A program made the position numbers and the translations under genes. Positions 20,501 to 30,272 of a DNA stretch of 64,000 bases are shown here, piece by piece. The notes under the pieces are model-generated. The model searched no databases. It was given only the letters and a program-made list of their open reading frames with translations, and was not told the origin of the DNA. Numbering within the stretch: position 1 is the first letter of the stretch; each line of letters begins with the position of its first letter. The DNA is from an uncultured virus (IMG/VR IMGVR_UViG_3300032285_000913). Taxonomy: Duplodnaviria; Heunggongvirae; Uroviricota; Caudoviricetes. The stretch lies in the IMG/VR virus record IMGVR_UViG_3300032285_000913; one strand, 5' to 3'.

Positions 20501-23467
20501 AAATTGTGGACAACGATGTGGGGTCGTATTGAACAAGCAAACACATCAGCAGCAGCCTTTGCTGCTCAAGCAGGTAATGCCCTAGAAGTGCAAAAACAAA
20601 TGCTAGATGGACTTGACCTTGAATATCAAAAACGTATTGAAATTGCCAAGGCTCAGGGCAACTCTATTTTAGCAGCAGATTTGGCTATACAAAAAGAAAA
20701 GGATAAGCAAAAACTTCTTGATGAAAATACTAAAACTGTAGATGCAATAGTAAATGCGTCTAATGCTGCCGATAGCGGACCTCTTTCAGCCCTTGGTGTT
20801 GGTTGGTGGGGACAGCAAGATGCAATTAAGGAAACAGCAAACAATGCTGTTACCGAAAAGTTTAAAGGTACTGGTCAAGACATTCAGGCTAAGATGGCTC
20901 TACAGAATATTGACCAAATGCAGGGCAACTTTGGTCAGCAAACATTGCTTAAGCAAGAAGTTTCTTCTGGTCAAATTGGTCTAAGTCAAATTGACACAAT
21001 TAAAAATCTTTATGGTGGAAGTCAAGCAGGTATGGATGAACTTACCAAGATGATTTCTCAAAAGGGTATTCAAGTAGACCAGGCACTTCAAGTTGCACAA
21101 ATGTTTAGTAATATTGAAGACCAAAAGAAATTTATGCTTACCTTTAGTGCACAAACAGATTCAGGAAAATCTCAAGAACTTATCGATGCTATGACACTTG
21201 TTTCAAAAAACCAAAGCAATATCAACCTCAACTTCTTGATGACCTACTTCCAAAAGAATAAAGGTGATGCATTAAAGATTAAGCAAGATATGGATGCTAT
21301 TGGACGATACAAAGGAAAATTAAATGTTGACGTAATTGCTAAGGCTAAGTATATTGGTAAAGATGAAATGGCTTTGCTTAAAGCAGATACTTCATATTTT
21401 AGTCACTTAGATAAAGAACAACAAATTACATATATCACTAGCATTAAAACTACCACTGCTCTTAAGGGAACTAAAGAATTTAAGCAAGCATCACAAGCAT
21501 ATATGAAAGAAAACCCAGGGAAAACTGCAGAGGATTATCAAAAAGCAGTTGCTCGTTCTGTTACTGCAGCAAACGTTGACTCAAGCAAGGTTCCTGGAGG
21601 AGATAAAAAAGGTGGAAGCGGAGGTCCACCTGCAGCATCGTTCCTTGACCAATATGTAAATTCAATTAGAGATGCTTCTGGATGGCAACAAAAACTCACC
21701 ATTGGCTTTGCTGATTCAATGAAGGCTATGAGAAGATGGAGTAAGGATGCTCTTAACTCTGGTGCTGGTCTTGCACAAAGACTTCACGCCTATGGTGCAG
21801 ATGCAAACTTTATTCAGGCGGTATTGGGTGGAGACCAAAAAGATATTGATAAGATTATTGACCGTGCTACAGGTAAACTTACTAAGGCTGGTAAAGATGC
21901 TATTCGTATTGCAAAGCAAGTTGAAGATGCAAAGATTGGAATGGCTTATGTAACTTCCAGCGAATCAGAAAGAGCAGGAAAAGACAACGAACTTTACAAC
22001 TCTGGTCTTGATGTTATTGCTGGTAAAGAAAAGAAAATTAATGAAAAGTATGATGCTCGTGTAAAGGCTCTTGATGAAATTGGCAAGGCTCAAGAAAAGA
22101 ACAATCAACTACAGCAAAACACTATGGACCTTGCTGATGCACTTTCAAAGGGTGACATTGCTGCTGCTGCTCGTGTAGCACTAAAAGCAAAACAAGATAG
22201 TCAAAAGGCTGCACTTGATGATGCTAAAAACAGTCTAGAAAATGCTAGAAAAGCAGAGTTGGCAGATATAACCGTAACTATTTTAGGACACACTGAAACT
22301 AGACAAAGTCTTGAAGCAAAAATTGAAGAAAACACAGCAAAGATTGCTGCTAATAAACTTCTAGAACTTGACCGTCAGGTTGGCATTGGAAAAAATGCAG
22401 TAATCGCTGCAGATGCTGCTCAACGACTACTAGAGGCAAATAAAAAGATTTCAGTATTGCCTACACCATATAACCCAACATATGGTACTGGTGATGGAAG
22501 TTCAAGTACAACAAGTGAAACTTCAACACCAACAGATGCATTGCCAATGCTTGGTGCTGACAATGCTGCAGCAGATGCTAAGAAAAAGAAGGACCCAAAT
22601 TTCTGGTCTAACCTTTTCCCAAACATTGGCGATTGGCTGGCACAACAATGGAAAGCATTATCAACCTGGTTCTCCGATATTACCAACCCTAAAAAGATTG
22701 GTGAATTTGTTGGCAACATGTGGAATGGAATTAAAGATATTGGCTCATGGCTTACTGAACAGGCTAACAAGATTGGTAATTGGTTTGCAACGACATTCTC
22801 TGGAGAAAACATTGGCAAAATGGTTGGAAATCTTTGGAATGGAATTCAGGGTATTAACAAGTGGCTGGGAGACCAAGCACTTAAAGTATGGAAGTGGATT
22901 ACAGGACTTCCAGATAAAATGACTAAATGGGCTAAAGATTTTTGGGAAAATGGTATACCAGCAATTGGTCACTGGTTTGAAACAACCACAAAAAAGATTG
23001 CTGACTGGGTAGTTAGTTTGCCTCAACAAGCAATGGATGCAATTAAAAATGCTGGAAAATCAATTGCTGACTGGTGGGGAGCGTTTGTTGGAGGATTCAA
23101 CTCAACACAAGACGATAAGACTAAGAAAAAAGCCGAAGGTGGAATGATTTCTAGATATGCTAATGGTGGTTCGGTTGTCCCTAAATACTTTGAATTTGGT
23201 GGCTTTACAAAACAGGGGACTGACACAATCCCTGCAATGCTAACTCCAGGAGAATTCGTTATGAAGAAATCAGCAGTTGAGTCAATTGGAGCACAAGAAT
23301 TGGCTAGAATGAATTATGCTGGAAAAGATGCAATGTCAGGCGGAGATTCAGTGTATAATTATAGTATTACAGTGAACGCTAATTCATCAGATTCTTCAGA
23401 TATTGCCGATAAGGTATTGCAGGAAATCAAGAGAATAGATTCACAACGAATTAGGAGCATTGGTTAG
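14579..23467 (+). CDS. Tape measure protein with internal enzyme-like domains (HipA-like kinase, HAD phosphatase)
   Basis: TP901-type TMP core (VENQTVLSIEDL...GINASEGANALKS), Trp-periodic repeats at ~22600-23090, three D.[VI]PA.L[ST]PGE.V modules, kinase and DIDDT motifs. Confidence 0.92.
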   Translation: MADIETNVKVNIDTSDALAQLKLLQQQISAFQQAMRKAGADNAAAARAMQQNLVNSINATGKFQANIQTIQTSAERFTTALEKNKLTMGEYFRYAGGASKTFGKLFKSEFETINQVALDRVKTIQTQYIKLGRDASGAMKAISVRPLALDLNDLGTKTQIAAQRQALFNQLMKQGSTQLLNFGKNTQWAGRQLMVGFTVPLTMAGSAAAKAYMQIEQASVKFKRVYGDMQTTAEEANKMAKAVQGLATQFTQYGVAVADTMDMAANAAAMGKTGSDLLAQVNEAAKLSVLGGVDQNKALQTTISLTNAFGTAADKLSGKVNFLNAVENQTVLSIEDLTTAIPKAAPVVKQLGGSVEDLAFFMTAMKEGGINASEGANALKSGLASMINPTKQASDFLAGFGINVKSIVNQDKGNVKQTVIDMAKAFDTLDPLNRSRAIEMMFGKFQFSRISTLFKNVIDQGSQANKVAGLANSTAEELAILSERELKKISDSPMYKFQKSIEEMKAKLAPVGEAFLKAVTPIINFVSKILDGFNNLSEGSKKFITILVTAVAGIGPLLLMSFGLISNGIANIMKLFTNLKSFLNRTGNRTNILGEQTQYMNTEQLKGAAIASSLDQAHAKLRQTFTSETTAINDLTTAYRNAIQAQQAFAGVPNVPVGNPNATPANTPTPSPKKYATGVSMVPGPNGAGDIVPALLSPGEAVIPAASAKKYAPVIRGMIAGNLPGFETGTAGAGMRQSIYGPLTQKQTEGLGRTGLQLKEISDEVMAGPYGNVPPTDFGTQISPTSGHSFPAFEVGGIYQKPDGTKVFVKPQMNLASALAEVRGTEIARGAHGLVSPQQQIRVMMDPTDPDHKRRFIVLESPLDERLANVPKTFSNKDYFTQLVASLLRGDKDLGIGNLGGNVLADVGTAGVFQRASGKRELGAKINSMEEQAIINLLGVKGGAKRFFAEATSEQVSKMTPAQYDAAMKAEIQRVIPKLQSTIAGFGPMSPEEKAAYAEMQQRLEAGLGVDWGKYQVMHSAVKPKLFNGGTTGDAALDAKLATLSTAQLGQLLVGGIQETHAFGGLDPKDPKIQAELKRVYKNSTPEDFTNFEVLSNLTMTMPGKLNQQIKEANGGMPGSLFAEIYNSFFGKLAKTARMAGVKDLSQSQQLENMIGQRLSALPLIKDKIFAKNVEDFLSNKSGENSPLGGAAELIWARSNQVGTVRSKFERGVGESNHDLILGMLRRNEIGFNATASSLDTPFGARLGRWALDSFGSDGASATPKEKEIRRRAQEAYRAWAAAGNYSGNMPTAPQDLLPDKNGNFGPQSEGTKFKPIKFKTNSDRPGAFSTKGQPAYDSTAKEFSNEGLFGIVAGSLSTLMGNGYIDPTAAKKFGIPGFALGTENVGGVSKVKPKASVFDIDDTLLDLSSFMPAHQAANEKLPVEQRTKWHKEVAKNPQPIPAGIAALKAAQARGNKIILMTARPDSYDPHTIETLTKLGIDMKGIKLVSRRDKDYRKPWQMKYDKTSAFMKYYDIEEFYDDMPETRGAISLLNIPTYDPLKLANGVFSVPGPKGAGDVVPAMLSPGEAVIPADKAQQHRGLISQMIKGSLPGFANGTIVPGYSSGTGDVSGFPLEKYSETNPLPVVLMEDKSKGTEIPDLSGKESGGGETGGEGDTTGTTKTPNKFMSGLESAKTKLFTQGAGTAKVGKYVRGAAVAAGIAATMPGPIGDIGKAAVGPIGAAASAMSMIPGPAGMVVGALMALVTIGIQLNTALTEARKKTVDFVESIGTGNKAMMKFENFAKSVSASEIMDRKRAEAFSPYQIKPGKQTFGSSYMQTEDGKALVKVISEAQSKGGNAEAQRALTEQLSAAVSSGVLKADQARSIAGNVGAQMGNQTLGIGAASTLLNIYGPNGENLAKEPLKLRLQVAKDSEVQLAKSIDNMQQHSLMNAEEGLKTAGQMVQTQFVIPMTAASGKGNIFKSLVEGNSIAVTAKLWTTMWGRIEQANTSAAAFAAQAGNALEVQKQMLDGLDLEYQKRIEIAKAQGNSILAADLAIQKEKDKQKLLDENTKTVDAIVNASNAADSGPLSALGVGWWGQQDAIKETANNAVTEKFKGTGQDIQAKMALQNIDQMQGNFGQQTLLKQEVSSGQIGLSQIDTIKNLYGGSQAGMDELTKMISQKGIQVDQALQVAQMFSNIEDQKKFMLTFSAQTDSGKSQELIDAMTLVSKNQSNINLNFLMTYFQKNKGDALKIKQDMDAIGRYKGKLNVDVIAKAKYIGKDEMALLKADTSYFSHLDKEQQITYITSIKTTTALKGTKEFKQASQAYMKENPGKTAEDYQKAVARSVTAANVDSSKVPGGDKKGGSGGPPAASFLDQYVNSIRDASGWQQKLTIGFADSMKAMRRWSKDALNSGAGLAQRLHAYGADANFIQAVLGGDQKDIDKIIDRATGKLTKAGKDAIRIAKQVEDAKIGMAYVTSSESERAGKDNELYNSGLDVIAGKEKKINEKYDARVKALDEIGKAQEKNNQLQQNTMDLADALSKGDIAAAARVALKAKQDSQKAALDDAKNSLENARKAELADITVTILGHTETRQSLEAKIEENTAKIAANKLLELDRQVGIGKNAVIAADAAQRLLEANKKISVLPTPYNPTYGTGDGSSSTTSETSTPTDALPMLGADNAAADAKKKKDPNFWSNLFPNIGDWLAQQWKALSTWFSDITNPKKIGEFVGNMWNGIKDIGSWLTEQANKIGNWFATTFSGENIGKMVGNLWNGIQGINKWLGDQALKVWKWITGLPDKMTKWAKDFWENGIPAIGHWFETTTKKIADWVVSLPQQAMDAIKNAGKSIADWWGAFVGGFNSTQDDKTKKKAEGGMISRYANGGSVVPKYFEFGGFTKQGTDTIPAMLTPGEFVMKKSAVESIGAQELARMNYAGKDAMSGGDSVYNYSITVNANSSDSSDIADKVLQEIKRIDSQRIRSIG

Positions 23468-24630
23468 TGAGCACAACAACATATCTGGCTGGACGTAAAA
23501 AGTATAGAAGACCACAGGCTATGCTATGGTCAGATTCACCCCCACTTGCTATCATTAATCCAGCAACGCAAACTAACATTATTGCCAATTTAAGTACATC
23601 TAGTTTTGAATCAGGGACAACAAACTGGACATACCCAGTAGCCAGCGGTAGCGTAGGCACAGTAGCATCTAACTCTACAGAAACAAAACCATATGTAGGA
23701 ACATCCGTTGCTAAGGTAACTGCAACTGCAGCAGCAGGTAAAATTGGAATCATTCACTCATCATTAATTCTGACCGTTAGCCCTGCAACAAATTATACTT
23801 TTTCTATCTATGTTAAAGATGGAACAGTTGGGCAACAATTTACAGCCAACTTAGAATTTAGGTCTGCTTCTGCAGCACTACAAACTTTTACTTCAAGTGC
23901 AACCACAATTAATTCAGAATCATGGACAAGACTATCTATAACTGGATTAGCACCTACAGGAACAACAAATGCTAGGGTATATGTATATTCTGCATCAACC
24001 CCAACAATTGGTCAATACATGTATTTTGACGGTGCTATGCTTCAAGAGGGAACAACTCTTAATCCATATACTGAGCCAGAGTATGTCTATGTGCCACAAG
24101 GGTATGAAGTTGGTCAATCAATTCAAGGAGAAAACTTTATTATTTTGTCAGACCACAACAGAAAAGACCTACAGTTTAAGCCAAACCGTATTGAGAAAAG
24201 ACAAAGAATGATTAATGGTCGCATGCGTTCATACCACATTGCTGACAAACTATCGCTAACTACATCTTGGGATAATTTACCATCTCGCTCATTTTCGAAT
24301 AGTCCAAATTTTAACTCATCTGGGGTTACATCGTTAGAATCTAGAGTCGATAACATTTCTGGACAAACTATATCTGGAACACAATATACGGTTGACGGCG
24401 GTGCAGGAGGAAATGAACTTCTTGATTGGTACAAGACACACACAGGTTCATTCTGGGTTTTCTTGGCATATGATAACCATAATAAATTTTCTATTAATGA
24501 ATACTCACAATTGTCGCAATACAATGAAGTCATTGAAATGTTCATTAATAATTTTGATTATAATGTCAATAAGCGTGGCAGTTCTAATATGGAATTTTGG
24601 AATATTTCTGTGGGATTGGAAGAGGTATAA
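23467..24630 (+). CDS. Distal tail (Dit)-like protein with an inserted carbohydrate-binding module
   Basis: Follows TMP; SSFESGTTNW...YTFSIYVK...WTRLSITG...YFDGAMLQEG is CBM4/9-like; RMINGRMRSYHIADK. Confidence 0.7.
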   Translation: MSTTTYLAGRKKYRRPQAMLWSDSPPLAIINPATQTNIIANLSTSSFESGTTNWTYPVASGSVGTVASNSTETKPYVGTSVAKVTATAAAGKIGIIHSSLILTVSPATNYTFSIYVKDGTVGQQFTANLEFRSASAALQTFTSSATTINSESWTRLSITGLAPTGTTNARVYVYSASTPTIGQYMYFDGAMLQEGTTLNPYTEPEYVYVPQGYEVGQSIQGENFIILSDHNRKDLQFKPNRIEKRQRMINGRMRSYHIADKLSLTTSWDNLPSRSFSNSPNFNSSGVTSLESRVDNISGQTISGTQYTVDGGAGGNELLDWYKTHTGSFWVFLAYDNHNKFSINEYSQLSQYNEVIEMFINNFDYNVNKRGSSNMEFWNISVGLEEV

Positions 24631-27600
24631 TGTATAGCAATACCTCATTACAAAATTACTTAGAAACTTCTTCAAGTGTAAATTTGCAATCAATTGTTAT
24701 TGCAGAATGGAATATGAATTTTTCAGATAACATTAAAACACTTGGAAACTATAGATATAGACCATCTATTGGTAGCCCAACAGAAACAAACTATGGCGTT
24801 CCTGCAACCACCTTTGATATTTTAGATACACTAAATGCTTATACAGGTGCTACTGTTTCTCAAATTGTTAATAATACAGGCTTAAATAGTTTAACTTCTA
24901 ACCCAACTGCGTTTATTTCAAAAAATCAAACCGAAGAACTGTTGTTTTCACTTAAAGATTGTGTATCTAGATTTAGACCTCGTTCTGGTATTAATAAATT
25001 AAGATTTTTTAAAGGCAAGTATATCAATACTCCAAACGAAAACATGTTTCTTCAACCAAGATATTACTTAGCATCAAAAGATGATAAATTTAAATATTGG
25101 AACTCATATAGAGTAGAGGCAGACAAATACACCACAACGCTGACTGGTTTTACAGCAACCCTGGCAACAGGAACTAACGTAGTATCTGTAGCATCGACTT
25201 CTTCTTTTGTGGTTGGTCAAGCACCTGTAAAAACCAGTGGTACTGGTGCATTTGGAACCAACGCAATTATCATAAGTATTGATTCTGCTACACAAATGAC
25301 ACTATCGGTTAACCATGCAGTAGCAGGGGCAATAACATTTAGTGTTAATGACTTTAATCCAGTAGAGCGTGGCATTGCAAAGGCTTTTAAAGCAACAGGA
25401 GAATACTATATTGAAGATGCAGCACCATTCGTTGTATATAATAACCCAGTTCCTGCAAATAGAATTGTTGTTAAGATGCAAACTAATGCAAGTGATTTTA
25501 ATAATCCAGCATATAAAACATCAAACAATACAAACTTTAATGACCCATTTTATGAAGACCCAACCAACACAGGAGCATTGGTCAATCAAGAAACTCCAGA
25601 AACATGGACCATTCAATACCTAGACTCAAGCAATGTTTGGCAAACAGCAAAAGCATTTGATGCATCATCGACTAGAAGCACTGGTAAACGTGTAATTGGT
25701 TCAGATGGATATGTAGAACTTGCGTATGGTATTACTAATCCAAGTGCTACATTTAAAAGACTATTGGGAGAATACGCATCAAGATATGCATTGCCAATAG
25801 ATGCTAATGTTGGTGACGCATACTTAATTCCAGGAGACACAGATAGTGGTGTAAATCCACAAGGAACAATATATGTTTGGAATGGTTCGGATTGGACAAC
25901 TGCAAAGTTTAACCCAATATATGGATGGTATTTGAACGAAGAAGGATTAAGAGAAAATGCTTCAAATGTAACTACCTTAACTTCTCCAGAATTTTATGGC
26001 ACACCAACCACCGTTTATGATGCTAATTATAGAGAGTTTAAGTATATTAAGGGTATTAGACTTGTTGTTAGTACAATGAGTGCACAGGGTGCAATGTTTG
26101 ACTTAATTGAAATGTCCCCAAGACTAGTTGCTGACTTATCGGATAAAACAACCTCATATTCCGTTACAAAAGTTGCATCCGATATTGGAAATAGTGGAAT
26201 CCCTGTGGGTCAATTGCTTGCATCAACTGGTTCTATTTCAATCTTTGACTATGACCAATCTTTTAACGAATATAACGATTTGACATTATCTAATGGCAAA
26301 ATTACTGGAAGTTTAGTTTCCGACATTACTTCAAAAAATTTGCAATTTAAATTTTATGAGCAAGTAATAGACGACACAGACCACACTAATGTTCTTTCTT
26401 ATTTTGTACCAATCAAAACATTCTATGTCGATGGATTTCCTAAGATTAGTAATGCCGATAGAATGGCTACACTTGAACTAAGAGACTTATTGTTTTACTT
26501 TGAATCACAAATTGCACCATCTCTACTAATGCGAAATGTAAAATTAAGCAAAGCAATTGCAACAATGCTAGACTCTATTGGCTTTTCTAACTATAAATTT
26601 TATCGCAATGATAATGAGACAGATGATGTAATCCCATATTTTTATATTGCACCAGATACAAATGTTGCCACTGTTCTTAATGATTTGGCTCAATCTACTC
26701 AAACATCCATGTTCTTTGATGAAGATAATAATTTAGTAACAATGTCAAGAAATTACATCATGCCAACTGCCACTGAAAGAAAAACAGATATAAAACTTTA
26801 TGGGACAAAAGACTTTGCTCAAAGTGGAATTGTGAGCAATATGCCAACACAAAGTATCTTGTCCAGCATTGTTTCAATTGACTCAGAAGATAATCAGGTA
26901 TTCAATGGTGGCAAGATTACTTATTCAAATAAGTATATTCAAAAATCTTATGGAACTTTAAAAGAAGCATCATTGCTAAACAATGCACAGTCGTACAAAT
27001 ATAAGCCTGTATTGCTTTGGGAAGTTTCTGGCACAGAAGCATTAAGACCAACAAATGATGAGGTTGGCAATCAGTCTAGTTATGTATTAAGTGCTTTAGC
27101 ATTAAATTCAGAACTTACAGATTCGTTACCAATAGTTGATTCAAATGGAGTAATTCAAAACAACATTATGGATTTTGGTCAGTCCATTTATTGGTTAACA
27201 CGTTATAAAGGCTACCTATATGCAAATGGAGAAATTATTAAATATGATGGGGTAGAGCATACAATTCAAAGTAGCAAACTTGTAGGAATGCAAGCATCCA
27301 TTACTGCAAATACCAATACCATAACCCTTACATCAGGAAATGTTTACAACGTAACAGTTGGTCAAACTATCACAAAAACAGGGGGAACTGGTATCTTTGG
27401 CTCTAATCCAGTTGTTACTGCAGTAGACACATCAAAAAATACAATTACTGTATCTTCACTTCATAGTAGCACAGGAACGGTTACCTTTGATGCCACCACT
27501 GTTGCACACAATGTTTGGGTAAAAGATGTAAATGATTATCAAAAGTATTTTGCTAAACTTCCATTTAATGGCAAATTATTTCCAACAGGACGAGTAAAAA

Positions 27601-29759
27601 TTTATGCAGAGCCAGATTATAACCTGGATGGTTCTGTTAAGCAAGGTGCTGTTGCAAAACATGGTCGCATGCAATTTGGTACTGGAATATATGACATTGC
27701 AACTGGCGGTCTTAAGCCAGTCAAACACACAATCCTTGATGCAAATAATGAATGGCTAGACAGCACAAAGGCTGTGGCATTTAAAATGGAATCAAAATGG
27801 ATGTTTAAAGATAGTCATCAATATGACCAAGTTATTTATACATTTACTGGATGCACAGGTGCTTCAGGACAAAAGACAGTAACCTTAAACTCAGTAAGCA
27901 CAACAGGTAGTGTACAAAAAGGTTGGATAGTCACAGGTTCAAGCGTTCCATCTGGAACACTTGTAGATACTGTAGCCACAGATGGCAAGAGTTTTACAAT
28001 AACAAAAAATCTTACAGGGACTGCAGGAACTGTTACAGTCACTAACAGAGTGTTGCACAATCTTACTATTAGTGGGGCTACCCCAGTCCTAACTGAAAAA
28101 CCAGTAGTTGAAACCACAGTCAAAGATATGTTTAATACAGCAACACTAACAGAGTCTAGTAGTTCTAAGTCTTTAGACAAATCAACTCCCAATGGAAGCA
28201 TCCAAGCATCAGCATTAATCATTAATGGGGTTAAATCTAAAACAGGAAATTCAAACGATAATGTGTCATATGTTTACAAAGACTACTCCTCTATTACACC
28301 ATCTGCTAATACTTTTGGAACTAGAATGAGAATTCTTGGAAAACAAAATGCAACTAATGATTCAACACAAGCAAAACAATTACCGCTTGGAGCAGACGCA
28401 ATTGACACTATTACCACATCACAAAATTCATATATTGTAAGTGGTACTGGCGGAGGTATTGCAATTAATCTAAACAATACTTCTAGTAACGATAACGTTG
28501 GATATTATTTTGAATTGGTTGCTTTAACTAGTAGCACAATTTCAGACCAGGGTAACACTTCCGAATCTGCACAGTCCATACCAAATGTTTATTTCTACAA
28601 AGTGATGTATGACTCAACAAACAATAGTGCAGTTCCGTACACTCTTTGGTTTGGCTCTACCCCAGTCTTAGTTGATGATGGTTTGTTTACAGGAATGGGG
28701 AAAATTGTTGGTGAAACAAATTCTACAATCTATGATTTATGTGTTAAAACAGAAGAGTTAAACAAGGTTGGAAATAAGTGGCAACGCAGATTCTTTTTAT
28801 ACATTAACAATGTATTGGTTGGTTCAGTAACAGATACAGATGCTATTCCATTGGTTGATAACAAAACTAAAAATATGGCACTCTTTGTAAGGGGTGGTGG
28901 AAGATGCATCTTTGAACATGTATATAGTATTGAAGATACTAGAAAGTCGCAACTAGAAGTATCTAACTCTCCAATGACAAAGGCTCTGGGGGTAAAAGAA
29001 CAAAGTTTTGATGGCGACGCATATAGAAAATACTTAGTAAACCCAACAGTAATTGACCTATTCCTAAGCGGTATTAGTGCTAATGGTCAAAACAAACACA
29101 AGGTGTATTACGAAGAATTTGGAACAATTATGCGAGAATGTGCATACTTCAATATTAGATATGATAAAGCATATCCTGCCCTATATTCTAAAATTTCTCC
29201 AACGTTTAATGATAGACAAGGTTATTTAGTTTCTGGTTTTAGGTCTAACCCATATGGAGCAGAATTTTTAATTTTCAATATTACAGATTTTGCATTAAGC
29301 CTTGATGAAACAAGTGGAAACTATCTTAGAATCCAGGGTATCACATTCACCCAACAATCCTCACACGACCTATCGGTCGATGAGTATTTCTTGAAGACAA
29401 GCAATCTAAATGATTATGCAAACTATAGTTCTTTGAATAACAAATTTATAGATATTCAAAATAGTCGAAACACATATGGTAAACACGACTTTTCAATTAG
29501 TGGCACTTATTTACAAAATGAGGATATGGCAACAAAATTAATGGATTGGATGGTTGCTAAAGTAATGGTCCCCAAAAAGTCTGTGGGCATGAAAGTTTTT
29601 GCAAATCCAATGATTCAACTTGGAGATATTGTTACAATAGATTATGTTGCAGATAACGTACAGCAATTGCCAAATTCAAGATTTGTGGTATACCATATTG
29701 ATTATCAACGTTCTGGAGACGGTCCAGAAATGACATTATATTTAAGTGAGGTAGTGTAA
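24630..29759 (+). CDS. Tail hub/tip protein
   Basis: Start by TAATG coupling at 24630; LNDLAQSTQTSMFFDE and C-terminal NPMIQLGDIVTIDY; three beta-rich insertions. Confidence 0.75.
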   Translation: MYSNTSLQNYLETSSSVNLQSIVIAEWNMNFSDNIKTLGNYRYRPSIGSPTETNYGVPATTFDILDTLNAYTGATVSQIVNNTGLNSLTSNPTAFISKNQTEELLFSLKDCVSRFRPRSGINKLRFFKGKYINTPNENMFLQPRYYLASKDDKFKYWNSYRVEADKYTTTLTGFTATLATGTNVVSVASTSSFVVGQAPVKTSGTGAFGTNAIIISIDSATQMTLSVNHAVAGAITFSVNDFNPVERGIAKAFKATGEYYIEDAAPFVVYNNPVPANRIVVKMQTNASDFNNPAYKTSNNTNFNDPFYEDPTNTGALVNQETPETWTIQYLDSSNVWQTAKAFDASSTRSTGKRVIGSDGYVELAYGITNPSATFKRLLGEYASRYALPIDANVGDAYLIPGDTDSGVNPQGTIYVWNGSDWTTAKFNPIYGWYLNEEGLRENASNVTTLTSPEFYGTPTTVYDANYREFKYIKGIRLVVSTMSAQGAMFDLIEMSPRLVADLSDKTTSYSVTKVASDIGNSGIPVGQLLASTGSISIFDYDQSFNEYNDLTLSNGKITGSLVSDITSKNLQFKFYEQVIDDTDHTNVLSYFVPIKTFYVDGFPKISNADRMATLELRDLLFYFESQIAPSLLMRNVKLSKAIATMLDSIGFSNYKFYRNDNETDDVIPYFYIAPDTNVATVLNDLAQSTQTSMFFDEDNNLVTMSRNYIMPTATERKTDIKLYGTKDFAQSGIVSNMPTQSILSSIVSIDSEDNQVFNGGKITYSNKYIQKSYGTLKEASLLNNAQSYKYKPVLLWEVSGTEALRPTNDEVGNQSSYVLSALALNSELTDSLPIVDSNGVIQNNIMDFGQSIYWLTRYKGYLYANGEIIKYDGVEHTIQSSKLVGMQASITANTNTITLTSGNVYNVTVGQTITKTGGTGIFGSNPVVTAVDTSKNTITVSSLHSSTGTVTFDATTVAHNVWVKDVNDYQKYFAKLPFNGKLFPTGRVKIYAEPDYNLDGSVKQGAVAKHGRMQFGTGIYDIATGGLKPVKHTILDANNEWLDSTKAVAFKMESKWMFKDSHQYDQVIYTFTGCTGASGQKTVTLNSVSTTGSVQKGWIVTGSSVPSGTLVDTVATDGKSFTITKNLTGTAGTVTVTNRVLHNLTISGATPVLTEKPVVETTVKDMFNTATLTESSSSKSLDKSTPNGSIQASALIINGVKSKTGNSNDNVSYVYKDYSSITPSANTFGTRMRILGKQNATNDSTQAKQLPLGADAIDTITTSQNSYIVSGTGGGIAINLNNTSSNDNVGYYFELVALTSSTISDQGNTSESAQSIPNVYFYKVMYDSTNNSAVPYTLWFGSTPVLVDDGLFTGMGKIVGETNSTIYDLCVKTEELNKVGNKWQRRFFLYINNVLVGSVTDTDAIPLVDNKTKNMALFVRGGGRCIFEHVYSIEDTRKSQLEVSNSPMTKALGVKEQSFDGDAYRKYLVNPTVIDLFLSGISANGQNKHKVYYEEFGTIMRECAYFNIRYDKAYPALYSKISPTFNDRQGYLVSGFRSNPYGAEFLIFNITDFALSLDETSGNYLRIQGITFTQQSSHDLSVDEYFLKTSNLNDYANYSSLNNKFIDIQNSRNTYGKHDFSISGTYLQNEDMATKLMDWMVAKVMVPKKSVGMKVFANPMIQLGDIVTIDYVADNVQQLPNSRFVVYHIDYQRSGDGPEMTLYLSEVV

Positions 29760-29760
29760 T

Positions 29761-30243
29761 ATGGCAAACAAAGCAAAACCACCCAAGATACAAAATCTTG
29801 GATATAATAAAAAAGATTCTGTAAAAATTGCTACATCAAATCTATTTATTGAAACACAGCAGGTCCCAGTTGACTATATGATTGGTGCAATCTTTAATGA
29901 TATTGGTGGTCAAGAAATCATCAATTCATCACCAAATGATTTGCTTACAAGCAGTACATCATTACCAATCAGCAATATTGCAGATATCAATAACAGGTAT
30001 AGTTCTGCAAATATTTTGCCGTTATCAGACGGAATATTAAGTAATTTAAATAAATATGATATTGTTTTGAGTCAGTATGTATTGCCAGAAGATGATTCTG
30101 CAAGCACATATCTAATTCAAAATAATCCAAAAGTATATATCGATGCAGACTATAAAAACATTGTCATTGAACTGAATGATATTTTTGCTGATGAGGTGGT
30201 GGAGGTAGAGATTTTACCGTATGTCGATAAGTATGATTACTAA
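29761..30243 (+). CDS. Minor tail protein / hypothetical
   Basis: 160-aa ORF within the tail module. Confidence 0.6.
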   Translation: MANKAKPPKIQNLGYNKKDSVKIATSNLFIETQQVPVDYMIGAIFNDIGGQEIINSSPNDLLTSSTSLPISNIADINNRYSSANILPLSDGILSNLNKYDIVLSQYVLPEDDSASTYLIQNNPKVYIDADYKNIVIELNDIFADEVVEVEILPYVDKYDY

Positions 30244-30272
30244 ATTGACTGTGGTATAATTGACTAGATAAT

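Noticed and set aside
22600..23090. Trp-periodic repeats in the TMP as a novel repeat
   Set aside because: Ordinary ~11-residue aromatic periodicity of tape measure proteins
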